Shown here: piece after piece, positions 44,642 through 53,419 of the stretch
How positions within the stretch are numbered: position 1 is the first letter of the stretch
How the letters are laid out: every line of letters begins with the position of its first letter
From: a virus
Taxonomy: Duplodnaviria; Caudoviricetes
Strand: one strand, 5' to 3'
DNA length: 64,000 nt
Virus record (IMG/VR): IMGVR_UViG_3300008952_000039
Span: 1,654-65,653 of that record
Position numbers and translations under genes: made by a program
The notes under the pieces: generated by a model
Told to the model about the DNA's origin: nothing
The model's input: the letters and a program-made list of their open reading frames with translations, nothing else
The model's database searches: none

Positions 44642-46749
44642 TACTCCAAATCAATTCCACCAAAGAAAATCCCTTGGAGATCACTATTCAGAATATCGTC
44701 TTCCAACTCAAAACCCTCTAAGGCGGCATTGTGTAGCGTGAATTCATTTTCATCATAGGAAGGTGCAAATAGCGAAGCTGTTTGTTCTGCATCAGAAGAA
44801 TTAGCCATTCTAATCATTTCTCTTTGATATGAAGCAGGGTCTTCAACAGGAACAGAAGCAGTCATAACCTTATTGTATTTCTGACATACTATGGCTCCGT
44901 CACATTTATTGGCAAAGACACAACCGCCACAACGAGCCATTTTCATCACAGAAGGTACTGCATTAGCTCTATGTATGTTCGCACCCTTCTCACACCCTTC
45001 CGTGCCTTCAGGAGAGGCATAGGCTTCTGCATCCACATACAAATGACCAGATAGTCCTTCGTGCGCTTTACGAATTGAAGCTATCTCTTCTTTGTTTGTT
45101 TCTAAGAAATGAGGAGCAAATTTAGCTTGGATGAGAGAAGTTAAATCTCTACCAGCCCACCCCTCTGTCATTTGCCGCCTAATCCAAGAAGCAGCTTTCA
45201 CAATACGAGAGCTTTTCACTTCAACTTTCGCTCTCTTTCTCTGTGGAACATGTCGGTGTTCCACAGCACCTTTATATTCAGCCTTCTCTTGAGGGGCTGA
45301 CATATGAGCCTGAGTTTCTTGGAGAAGAGGATTGATAAGTTTAGAAGCCACCCTCACATCTTCTCTGTTGATAGATCTACGAATGAATGTAATCAAGGCT
45401 GTACCACGAACACCATTATCAATAGCTGCTTTGATATTCCGATAAGCCTTCAAGACTCGTTGTTGTTGTTTGTGCGCCTGTCGGCTGGTAACTGAAGCCT
45501 GATCTTCTTTCACATTCTTACGAGATTCACTTTGATGTCTGGTATATTGCGCCTCTGAATACCTCCCACTCTTAGTTTGTGAAATTAGTGCAGATGCAGT
45601 ACGAAGAATAGTATGAGGAGAGTCTTCACTCGCCATCAACTCAGCAGCTACTTCCTTAGATAAGAAACCGTTTACAACCCATTTGTTTAACTGAGCCTGA
45701 GCTTTTCTAACTTGAGCAGCAGCATTCTTCTTAGAATTATCCAGAACCTTTCGGCTTGGTTTATGTTGTGAGAATTGTTCTCTGGCTTCTTGTGAAGAAA
45801 TACGCTCAGAGGGGCGCACATCCACTGGTTTACTTCGTTGTGTTTTCTTGGGAGATAAGTCCTGTGAATATGACAAGAAAGCTGTTCTAAGCACTTCTTT
45901 GGCAGAACCTTCTTTAGCCAACCTTCCAGAAGCCTTCAACTGAGTGCGATAAAAACTAAGTGCTTCTTTCCAAGGAACCCTCTCTACCACTTTCAAGTTT
46001 GTGAATTTTGAAAGAGACTGATCTGAAGACACCAAGTATCTACAAGTGGAACACTTCTTTCTCAATGCTTTCTTCCACTTCCCATTTTTCAGCCCCTTGA
46101 AAGCTGCTTCATAGATAAAAACATTTCCGGCCAAGCCATGTTCCTCTTTTATGTCCTGTAGGTCTTCTGCAATAAGTTTCACATTATGCCCAAGCGACTG
46201 AACGGCTTCTTTCATAATGCTCTCAATGGGATGTCCGAAAGCAGATCTACGGTGCGCCCGAAATACTACATCTTGTAAAGTCTCTTCGTCTACATTTGAA
46301 GCAGATTTCTCTTGAAGAGAACGCTCAAAATCAGCAACCTCTTTATCTCTATTTGGGATAATTCCTTGTGTTCTACGGTTTACTCCCCAAGCCTCTTCCA
46401 ATTCCATAATCCCACGATCTACAGGATTTTTAGGAAGCCTGTCTGGGTCTTGCTCTCCGTGAAGCCAGCCCAACCCAGCAAGTGAATTCTCTTCCAGCAT
46501 TTCGGAAAGATCAAAGTCAGCATCAGCATTTTTCACACCAGAAGGCATATCACTTGCCTCATCTGGCACAATAAGGTCTTCTGGCAATCCAGCTAAACCA
46601 CGAACAGAGGGCAATCTTGCTCTCTCTGAAACACCACCGCCAGCCTCAACATCAAAGTCAAACCCGTCCAGACCGTAGTTCATACCGTCTGTCATTGTGA
46701 ATTTGTCTGATGGTAATTTAGATTCTGATCTCTTTGATTTCTTAGTCAT
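44641..46749 (-). CDS. Large hypothetical protein with internal repeat and Cys-rich C-terminal domain (probable internal head protein)
   Basis: 702 aa. HGLAGNVFI / HEGLSGHLYV duplication and C..CVF...C....C..Y. Confidence 0.7.
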   Translation of the reverse strand: MTKKSKRSESKLPSDKFTMTDGMNYGLDGFDFDVEAGGGVSERARLPSVRGLAGLPEDLIVPDEASDMPSGVKNADADFDLSEMLEENSLAGLGWLHGEQDPDRLPKNPVDRGIMELEEAWGVNRRTQGIIPNRDKEVADFERSLQEKSASNVDEETLQDVVFRAHRRSAFGHPIESIMKEAVQSLGHNVKLIAEDLQDIKEEHGLAGNVFIYEAAFKGLKNGKWKKALRKKCSTCRYLVSSDQSLSKFTNLKVVERVPWKEALSFYRTQLKASGRLAKEGSAKEVLRTAFLSYSQDLSPKKTQRSKPVDVRPSERISSQEAREQFSQHKPSRKVLDNSKKNAAAQVRKAQAQLNKWVVNGFLSKEVAAELMASEDSPHTILRTASALISQTKSGRYSEAQYTRHQSESRKNVKEDQASVTSRQAHKQQQRVLKAYRNIKAAIDNGVRGTALITFIRRSINREDVRVASKLINPLLQETQAHMSAPQEKAEYKGAVEHRHVPQRKRAKVEVKSSRIVKAASWIRRQMTEGWAGRDLTSLIQAKFAPHFLETNKEEIASIRKAHEGLSGHLYVDAEAYASPEGTEGCEKGANIHRANAVPSVMKMARCGGCVFANKCDGAIVCQKYNKVMTASVPVEDPASYQREMIRMANSSDAEQTASLFAPSYDENEFTLHNAALEGFELEDDILNSDLQGIFFGGIDLE

Positions 46750-47389
46750 GTTTCTGCCTCATAAAACGGAGTGCAACCCTTGAAGCCTTTGGCTCATACA
46801 ACGAAGCGGTCTTCTTACGAGCGGTTTTTGGAGATGTGTGTTGCTCATCCATTTCCTCTTCTTGTTCTTCTGCCCAAGATTCAGGGTCTTTCTTTATATC
46901 TTCAGCATCCTCAATAATCTGAGCAACCTCTTCCTTCTCTTCTGGAGATTCCTGTCTTGAAACTGCTGACCAATGTGGAGCCTGCACCTCATCATAGAGA
47001 GTATCTGAAAGAGATGAGAAAGCTTCAACAGCATTCATATAAGCTTTTCTCATCTCATTAATTCTAAAAACGTATCCTTTCCCACCCAAACAACCATCAG
47101 GAGATACATCTGCACTTCTCACTTTTGAGAAGGTGCTATACGCACTCAAAGCATGACCAAGAGCAGCATTGGTAGATCTAAGAACCTTCGCCAAGCATTT
47201 CACTTTCTTAGGTTGGAAAGCATAATCAGGAGTAATCTGCCGTTCAGAGGCTCCAGTGTCACCCCAAGCCCATTCACCGCCTTCAGACTTATCTTTAATA
47301 AATCTAACTTCACCAGCCGTTCTGGTCATTGGGGGCTTCTTCTCTCCGAAGATTGTTGGCCCCCAAGCTTTGATTAGAGCATCTTTCAT
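46742..47389 (-). CDS. Hypothetical protein with C-terminal RVALRFM motif
   Basis: 215 aa, overlaps the downstream start. Confidence 0.7.
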   Translation of the reverse strand: MKDALIKAWGPTIFGEKKPPMTRTAGEVRFIKDKSEGGEWAWGDTGASERQITPDYAFQPKKVKCLAKVLRSTNAALGHALSAYSTFSKVRSADVSPDGCLGGKGYVFRINEMRKAYMNAVEAFSSLSDTLYDEVQAPHWSAVSRQESPEEKEEVAQIIEDAEDIKKDPESWAEEQEEEMDEQHTSPKTARKKTASLYEPKASRVALRFMRQKHD

Positions 47390-47390
47390 T

Positions 47391-47963
47391 TTACACCTTC
47401 AAAGGACTTCCACTATCATCAAACAATCTTTCAATGAGGTATTGATCCCCATCCTTTTTGAAAGACCAGAGATCCTTAGTGGCTTTATGTATCAATTCAC
47501 CTTCTTTATTAGAAGATGCAAACAAGGCTGAAATATCTCCAAGATTAGACACTCTCATTGAAACTGAACCTGCTTGCTTAGATTTAGACGGATATAAATG
47601 AAGAGGATCAAACCCTCCAAATTCTCCAGTATCCCACTTCACAAAGACCCTGCCTTCATGTGTGGTAGCCTCTCCAAAAGCTGTTCTCACAGTTACTACC
47701 GTTCCAGTAGTATTAGGATGAGGAGGGTTGTCATAGGTTAGAACCGCCCCCAAATCACCAGCAAAAAGAACCCTTGATCCAGCCGTAATGGGGAGCCGTA
47801 TACACTTGCTGCGCTTCACCTTGTCTGTAAGGTCACGAACAGATCTTGCAGCTTTCCCACCAAATTCTCCAGATAGAAAATGATCCAAAGAACCCCGATC
47901 ACCATCTTTAGAAGCGGTGTTTATGAAGGGAGAATTTATTAAAGAATTCCAGAAATCAGACAT
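47391..47963 (-). CDS. Hypothetical protein with SH3-like domain
   Basis: GSRV....GTVVTV....VFVKWD, and LIHKATKDLW at the C-terminus. Confidence 0.7.
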   Translation of the reverse strand: MSDFWNSLINSPFINTASKDGDRGSLDHFLSGEFGGKAARSVRDLTDKVKRSKCIRLPITAGSRVLFAGDLGAVLTYDNPPHPNTTGTVVTVRTAFGEATTHEGRVFVKWDTGEFGGFDPLHLYPSKSKQAGSVSMRVSNLGDISALFASSNKEGELIHKATKDLWSFKKDGDQYLIERLFDDSGSPLKV

Positions 47964-48027
47964 GGTTACCCTCTACATCAAAATACGATTTCTCAATACA
48001 TTAAGATTATAGAGACATAAACGACTA

Positions 48028-49233
48028 CTATACATCACGAATAACTGAGAAGAAAAAGCTGGTGGTGGTCTGTCCAGCAAAGTCAATCGCAAAAGATCCA
48101 ACTGCCTTATTGCTCACAAAGGGGTTTCCCGACTTGGGTTCCATTAAAACCGCATAGTTTAAGTCTGGCTGTTGAACCTCAAAGCTAAAGGTCTGAGTAG
48201 TTGTATTGGCATAGGTCAATTCTCCGATAATCCGATCTTCGTGGAGAACCCCTAAACCACTCGCAACACCTCTTGTACAGGAAGTCAATTTAACTATGGT
48301 AGTTGCACTGGTAGCTACTAAAGCTCCCATCTTGCATGAATGGAATGTGAAAGTGCGGTCACCATCTAAAGTCACATTCCCAAGTGAAGAACAATTAGAA
48401 GCCAATAAAGCACCTGCCCCACTGAGATTAGAAGAGATAAAAGGGTCAGCCGTACTGCTTGGGCTGGAATTGCAGTCCAGAATTCTATAGCTATTCCCAA
48501 CCACAGAAGAAAGAGTACCTAAATTATCATAGTCCAATTGCAGAGAAGAAATATCCAAAACACCCTTCATACAAAATTCCGCACACTCTTCAACAAGGCA
48601 GACTGCTGTAGCAGCACTACTGCTCATTGAGCCACCATACACAGCTATGCGACAAGCAGAAGCAGCCCGTACTGGATATGAACCAGCACCAGTAGCTACA
48701 AAATGACAATTCAAAAGATTAATTCCAAGCAATCCAACATTAGAAGTAGATCCTCCTACAACTCGGACACAAGATTGGGAAGCATTAGAATTCTTAATGT
48801 GAAAACCCTCTATTCTCACATACTGCGGTACGGAGACATTTTCTTGAATGGTAATCGTGTCCGTAGCAGTTGCAGATTGCAAGAGAACATACCCAATAGC
48901 CAATAGTGTGACACCGTTCCTAATAATCGTAATATCTTCCTGATAAGAACCAGAAGCTACCAAAATCACATAGGGGTTGGTATCACTGGAATCTGAAGGA
49001 ACATCATCAAGGGCTGCTTGTACTGTAGTGTGAGAAGCACCTGCTCCAGCAGCACCTACCACAAAGACATTATCAACAGACTGAATTCCACAAATGTCTG
49101 TAAGTTTTACTGCGGAAGTAACCACAGCATCCACAAACTGAATGGAACCATCTACTGCCATAGAAATCTTTATGGTATTTCCACTGGCTGGTTCGATTTG
49201 TAACTGGTCTACTTGAAAGGGATCTTGAGCCAT
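48028..49233 (-). CDS. Right-handed beta-helix (pectin lyase-like) virion spike/fibre protein
   Basis: V..AG.G..HTTVQAALD.....PYVILVASGSYQEDITI is a typical beta-helix N-cap. Confidence 0.65.
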   Translation of the reverse strand: MAQDPFQVDQLQIEPASGNTIKISMAVDGSIQFVDAVVTSAVKLTDICGIQSVDNVFVVGAAGAGASHTTVQAALDDVPSDSSDTNPYVILVASGSYQEDITIIRNGVTLLAIGYVLLQSATATDTITIQENVSVPQYVRIEGFHIKNSNASQSCVRVVGGSTSNVGLLGINLLNCHFVATGAGSYPVRAASACRIAVYGGSMSSSAATAVCLVEECAEFCMKGVLDISSLQLDYDNLGTLSSVVGNSYRILDCNSSPSSTADPFISSNLSGAGALLASNCSSLGNVTLDGDRTFTFHSCKMGALVATSATTIVKLTSCTRGVASGLGVLHEDRIIGELTYANTTTQTFSFEVQQPDLNYAVLMEPKSGNPFVSNKAVGSFAIDFAGQTTTSFFFSVIRDV

Positions 49234-49240
49234 AATTCAC

Positions 49241-49681
49241 CTACACGAATACGTCATATCCGATGCTACCCGTATAGGTGACACCAGTTTCGATTGTAAA
49301 ACCGTTGACTGTTTTACTGGTAATTCTGGCAGGAACGAAATCTGCCATTGAAAGAATGACCCGATAAGTTGTATCGTCCATTGCAGCTAAGAAGGTCACA
49401 TCAACTGTGGTTGCAGCCGTGAAGGTGGCAAACCCATTTACAGCACTTGTACTCATAACATCTAACACCTGTGTAATTGCTGTCCGAATATCGCTAATCA
49501 CGGAATTCGGCAGAGAAGAATAAGAATCTTGGATTAAACCAAAAGGGGTCTGTATATTTCTAACAGAAATGGAATTCTCATCTATATACACAATCGTGAA
49601 ATAGTAGATCTGTGTGCCTGTTCCCGAAGAATATGTGAAATCGGCTTGTGATAATGCTAATGCCATATCCCACCCTACCAA
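49241..49681 (-). CDS. Structural protein sharing its C-terminal beta domain with 48028..49233
   Basis: VTF...MDDTTYRV...ITSKTVNGFTI versus FSF..QPDLNYAV...VSNKAVGSFAI. The true start is probably MALALSQ. Confidence 0.55.
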   Translation of the reverse strand: MVGWDMALALSQADFTYSSGTGTQIYYFTIVYIDENSISVRNIQTPFGLIQDSYSSLPNSVISDIRTAITQVLDVMSTSAVNGFATFTAATTVDVTFLAAMDDTTYRVILSMADFVPARITSKTVNGFTIETGVTYTGSIGYDVFV

Positions 49682-49989
49682 ATACCAGAGGTTTCAAACC
49701 CACGCTTCTCCAGCCAATCTTTAAGATCAACCAAAGACCCGTGATTAGAAGACCAAATAGAAATGTAATCAAAACCCGTCTGTATACCAAGATCCTTAAT
49801 CTCAGTTATAGAACCAAGTTTCACCTTACCATCCCTCAAAGACTTCAATAAAGAAGGGAGGGATTGAAAGTCTACCGAAGAGGTAGCATAGATCTTTACC
49901 CGATACTCATTAGTAGCTCTTTTTCTAAGCCACTGACGAGCAAGGTCTTTCGCCATAATTACTACTTTTTCACTTGGTTTGTCTTTCAT
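49675..49989 (-). CDS. Hypothetical protein, first gene of the late block
   Basis: 104 aa with GGGGAG RBS and a late-type motif at 50018-50030. Confidence 0.65.
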   Translation of the reverse strand: MKDKPSEKVVIMAKDLARQWLRKRATNEYRVKIYATSSVDFQSLPSLLKSLRDGKVKLGSITEIKDLGIQTGFDYISIWSSNHGSLVDLKDWLEKRGFETSGIW

Positions 49990-50034
49990 TTCTTAAACTC
50001 CCCTATCAACAAAAGAGAATAAGAAGATTAGTGA

Positions 50035-50637
50035 TTAAGTCAACCGATAGGATTTCTGATTTGTGGTCTTACTTCTCTGAACCTCTCTGAGAATATTCAA
50101 ATTCTTAGAGATCAATTCAAAGACTGTTCCATAGATTTTCATTGTCGGATTTTCTTTCAGTCGTTTTGTAGATCGTATGAAGCGATGTCGTACAAGACCC
50201 TGAGAAACCCCCAATCTATTAGCCACCTCGGATTGACAGGTCGTTTCAAACATCAACTTCATTATTTTCACATCAAGAGTGTCTGAAAGGAATCCAGCAA
50301 GATCCTTCATCATTTTCACATAATCAATATCAGGCAAAGATAGCTGAAATTGAATTCTGGAGGTTGCCCTCTGCAATCTATAGCAAACAGTGGGTTGTGA
50401 TACTCCAAAAATAGTTGCAATATCCGTCTGCTTTAGGTGCTTGAAAAAATACAATTCAATAAAGTCTGCTTCTCTCGGTGGCAAACTCTCAATTATCACT
50501 TTAACTCTGTCCAGCCTCCTACGGCTTTCCACCGTCATTCCTGATGAGGGCCAAATAAAAGCATCATCTGTTGAAAACCTTGTTTCGATATCCATAGGAT
50601 CTGGTGTGTAATAGCCTACCCATTTAGTCATTCTCAT
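50035..50637 (-). CDS. Sigma-70 region-4-like protein with two tandem HTH domains
   Basis: LPPREADFIELYFF..LKQTDIATIFGVSQPTVCYRL and CQSEVANRLGVSQGLVRHR. Start trimmed to the ATG at 50637 after GGAAGG. Confidence 0.75.
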   Translation of the reverse strand: MRMTKWVGYYTPDPMDIETRFSTDDAFIWPSSGMTVESRRRLDRVKVIIESLPPREADFIELYFFKHLKQTDIATIFGVSQPTVCYRLQRATSRIQFQLSLPDIDYVKMMKDLAGFLSDTLDVKIMKLMFETTCQSEVANRLGVSQGLVRHRFIRSTKRLKENPTMKIYGTVFELISKNLNILREVQRSKTTNQKSYRLT

Positions 50638-51187
50638 TTCCTTCCTCCGATAGTAAGTCCAAGAAGACCTTTGGTAGTGTGACAATCACACTCAAAGAAC
50701 GAAGCACAACACTTACATAGGCATTTTCGCCTTCAAAACCTACAATAGAACCTTCCAACAATCTATAGGCTCCTTTCACAATTAAAACACGATTTCCCAC
50801 TTTCAAAGACTGACAAGACATTCCCCGTATACTATTCCGCATCTCTTCAATATATTGATTAGAGATCACTTGAAGGGTTTTCAGTCCAGAAGTCGGAGAC
50901 ATTGAAGAAAAAACCTGCTCTACATAGGGGGTTTTCTCTAAATCAAAATAAATCTGCTCCTCTAAGCCTGTAGCAATAAAAACATAACCCTCCATCAAAT
51001 GAAGAGAAATCTTTCTACCGTTTTGGTCATACTGAGCCGTTGGAATAAAAATTGGGTGGGTTTGAGATACCCCCATTTCCTTACAAAGAATCTTCGTTAA
51101 AATACCTTCCTCTACTTTAATTTCTCCAAGAGATGTTAGCTCAAGAGTCACCCACGTTGTTTTGTCTCTGTAATCCATTATAACCAA
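50624..51187 (-). CDS. nusG: NusG-family transcription factor (NGN + KOW)
   Basis: W..L, IFIP, LMEGYVFI (NGN domain) and LKVGNRVLIVKGAY..LEG.I (KOW). Confidence 0.8.
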   Translation of the reverse strand: MVIMDYRDKTTWVTLELTSLGEIKVEEGILTKILCKEMGVSQTHPIFIPTAQYDQNGRKISLHLMEGYVFIATGLEEQIYFDLEKTPYVEQVFSSMSPTSGLKTLQVISNQYIEEMRNSIRGMSCQSLKVGNRVLIVKGAYRLLEGSIVGFEGENAYVSVVLRSLSVIVTLPKVFLDLLSEEGNEND

Positions 51188-52568
51188 TATCTCTCAATTC
51201 CAGAAGATAGATACCAAACAGACGACCAAACTCTGCTGGGCTTAATTCCTTAGATTGTTTCAATTGATCTTTTCCAGTAGAAGTCCCATTGATGGCTCTA
51301 CGGTCAATATGCACCCCACATAAATCCATAGAAGAGGGAAGGGCTGCTGCACAATTATTATTACCGTCTGCGGTTAAATTATGAGTAGAATTATTTAAAT
51401 TCGTTTCATTTTTTTGAGAAGGGCTTCTTGAAACCTTTATTGGAGAAGATATTTTCTTCTGACTTCTCTCAGAAGATCCATAAGAGAAAGAGGGAGTGGT
51501 AAGCTGTCCAGTAAAAGATAGGTGCTGAGAAATAAGATCGCATATAACCATATCCTCAGTAGCGGATCGAGGTTTCTGAGCAAAAAGAGAAACTAACCCC
51601 ACTAAATGATTTCCATGCTGCCTTCCTATTTCTGAAAGTCTTGCTGCATCCCAATATACAGGAGGGGTATCCAAGCCCAAAGAAACTTTATACGCAAACA
51701 AGGCTGCATTAGCCAACCTCTCATAGCAAACAGAAGGAGAGGTTCTATTAAAAAGATTCTTTACAGAGAGCAAAGCCTTTTCCAAATCTGATCCTAAAAA
51801 GGAAAGAATATCCAAATAAAGGCTATTCAAATCTAAGTGGAGGTATTTATTCACATTTTCCCGATCTACCTCTCCAAGCATAGAAACACCCTCTATTGCC
51901 TTCAAAGCATCACGAATATGGCACTCTGTAATTTCAGCTATCAGAGGGAGAATATCTGGCTCATAAGAAATCCTCTCTTTCTCACAGACATAAGCCAATC
52001 TCTTAGCTATCACCTCTGGACTGAGAGGGTGTATTACAAATGCAGGGGCGCATCTGGATAAAATAGTGGCTCTCATCTTCTCTGGTTCTGTCGTGCAAAA
52101 GATGCACACCAACCTCTTATCTTCTGAACCTTGAACATTCTCTTCCAGAGGTTTCAAAAGGGCATCCAAGGCATCTTTAGATAGCTGGTGGCTCTCATCA
52201 AATAGATATAAGGTTTTCTTTCCAGAGAAATTAGAGTATTCCAGATCAGCAATAATCTTTTTAACTTCGGATTTTCCAGAATTAGTAGCGGCATCTACCT
52301 CTATAAAGGCTCCCTGAGAACCCTCCAACATTGAATGACAAGAGGGGCAATTATCACAAGGTGCGCCCTCCACAGGGTGATCACAAAGTAAGGCTCTGGC
52401 GAGTATTCTCCCAAGAGTAGTCTTACCAGAACCGTATGGCCCGCAAAACAAATAAGATTGTTGAAAGCCCCTTCCTGTTGAAACAAAGCGTTTTATGACC
52501 TTTATCGTGCTTTCCTGACCAAGAACATCTTCAAAATTATGTGGTCGGTATTTTGTATCTAATCCCAT
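51141..52568 (-). CDS. dnaX: DNA polymerase III clamp loader subunit gamma/tau
   Basis: KYRP..FEDVLGQE, Walker A GPYGSGKTT, four-Cys zinc module, EVDAA, FDESH, ILSRC. Confidence 0.92.
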   Translation of the reverse strand: MGLDTKYRPHNFEDVLGQESTIKVIKRFVSTGRGFQQSYLFCGPYGSGKTTLGRILARALLCDHPVEGAPCDNCPSCHSMLEGSQGAFIEVDAATNSGKSEVKKIIADLEYSNFSGKKTLYLFDESHQLSKDALDALLKPLEENVQGSEDKRLVCIFCTTEPEKMRATILSRCAPAFVIHPLSPEVIAKRLAYVCEKERISYEPDILPLIAEITECHIRDALKAIEGVSMLGEVDRENVNKYLHLDLNSLYLDILSFLGSDLEKALLSVKNLFNRTSPSVCYERLANAALFAYKVSLGLDTPPVYWDAARLSEIGRQHGNHLVGLVSLFAQKPRSATEDMVICDLISQHLSFTGQLTTPSFSYGSSERSQKKISSPIKVSRSPSQKNETNLNNSTHNLTADGNNNCAAALPSSMDLCGVHIDRRAINGTSTGKDQLKQSKELSPAEFGRLFGIYLLELRDIGYNGLQRQNNVGDS

Positions 52569-52587
52569 TCAAGTCTCCTCCCTTACC

Positions 52588-52600
52588 ATACCTATACAGG
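52588..52600 (-). promoter_or_regulatory. Putative early/middle promoter element CCTGTATAGGTAT
   Basis: About 20 nt upstream of the dnaX ATG. Same core at 2484 (+), 57883 (-) and 63562 (-). Confidence 0.5.
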
Positions 52601-52624
52601 AAGGGAAGGGATCAGGAAGGGTCT

Positions 52625-52951
52625 TTACCAAGTTCCAGCACTCCAGATACTGACCCACACCCCACCACGATTAACTTTGCAAAGAACAACTGTAAAAGCT
52701 TTCTTTTTGAGAAGAATCTCCTTCAAGAGAGAGCGCAAGTCTTTACTCTCCTGATTTTCTGGAACAGTCTCACCCACAATTAAAAGTTTTCTGCCAGAAA
52801 TCTCATGTGGAAGATCAGGAAGACTATCAATATCCTTTTCAGAAGAAATAGAAAAACCACGACCAACTGCCCAAGAAGAATCCCACTCCAAGAAAGCTTT
52901 CTCGTTCAGGTACTTTATGATATCCAAACTATGCACTAAGACACCCCCCAA
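52625..52951 (-). CDS. Hypothetical protein
   Basis: About 100 aa, fills the gap in the operon. Confidence 0.5.
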   Translation of the reverse strand: MGGVLVHSLDIIKYLNEKAFLEWDSSWAVGRGFSISSEKDIDSLPDLPHEISGRKLLIVGETVPENQESKDLRSLLKEILLKKKAFTVVLCKVNRGGVWVSIWSAGTW

Positions 52952-52969
52952 TTAAAGAGGGTTCATAAA

Positions 52970-53419
52970 TCAATTAGTGTCAAAGATTAGATCGTCCAGT
53001 TCCTCTTCTTCTTCAGAAGGTCGCCAATTTCCATGTCTTTTCCATTCTTCTTTGAAAAAACAAAGGTCGGGGGTACGGACTGACCACTTCATATCTCCTG
53101 TCTTACTGTCTTCTTCGCCCCAGCAATAACACAAAAGATGATCCAATAATGCTGTCTGCTGCTTACCATTAAGACCTGCCCACTCATCAGCAGCCACCTC
53201 CAAAATAAATTTGAAGTTCTTATTTCCAAGAAGAGAAATTAAGGAAGGAGCTTTCTTAGATTTCCCAAGAACCACTTTCCCACCAGCTTTACTGGCTTTT
53301 TCACGAAACAATATCGCTATCTCATCCTCAACAATAGCAAGGTGAGGATGGAATTTTGCAATTAAGGTTTTGGTCACCTCAACCACATCTGCACTTGCTA
53401 ACCACATATCTACTGCCAC
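52970..53419 (-). CDS. Putative phage metallopeptidase-fold protein (catalytic HExxH degenerate)
   Basis: H.HL...I..LF....VLGK..K...F.FILEV....W..L...Q..ALLDH.LC...D...F.EE..RHG.W. GTG start at 53419 after GGAGG. Confidence 0.65.
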   Translation of the reverse strand: MAVDMWLASADVVEVTKTLIAKFHPHLAIVEDEIAILFREKASKAGGKVVLGKSKKAPSLISLLGNKNFKFILEVAADEWAGLNGKQQTALLDHLLCYCWGEEDSKTGDMKWSVRTPDLCFFKEEWKRHGNWRPSEEEEELDDLIFDTN

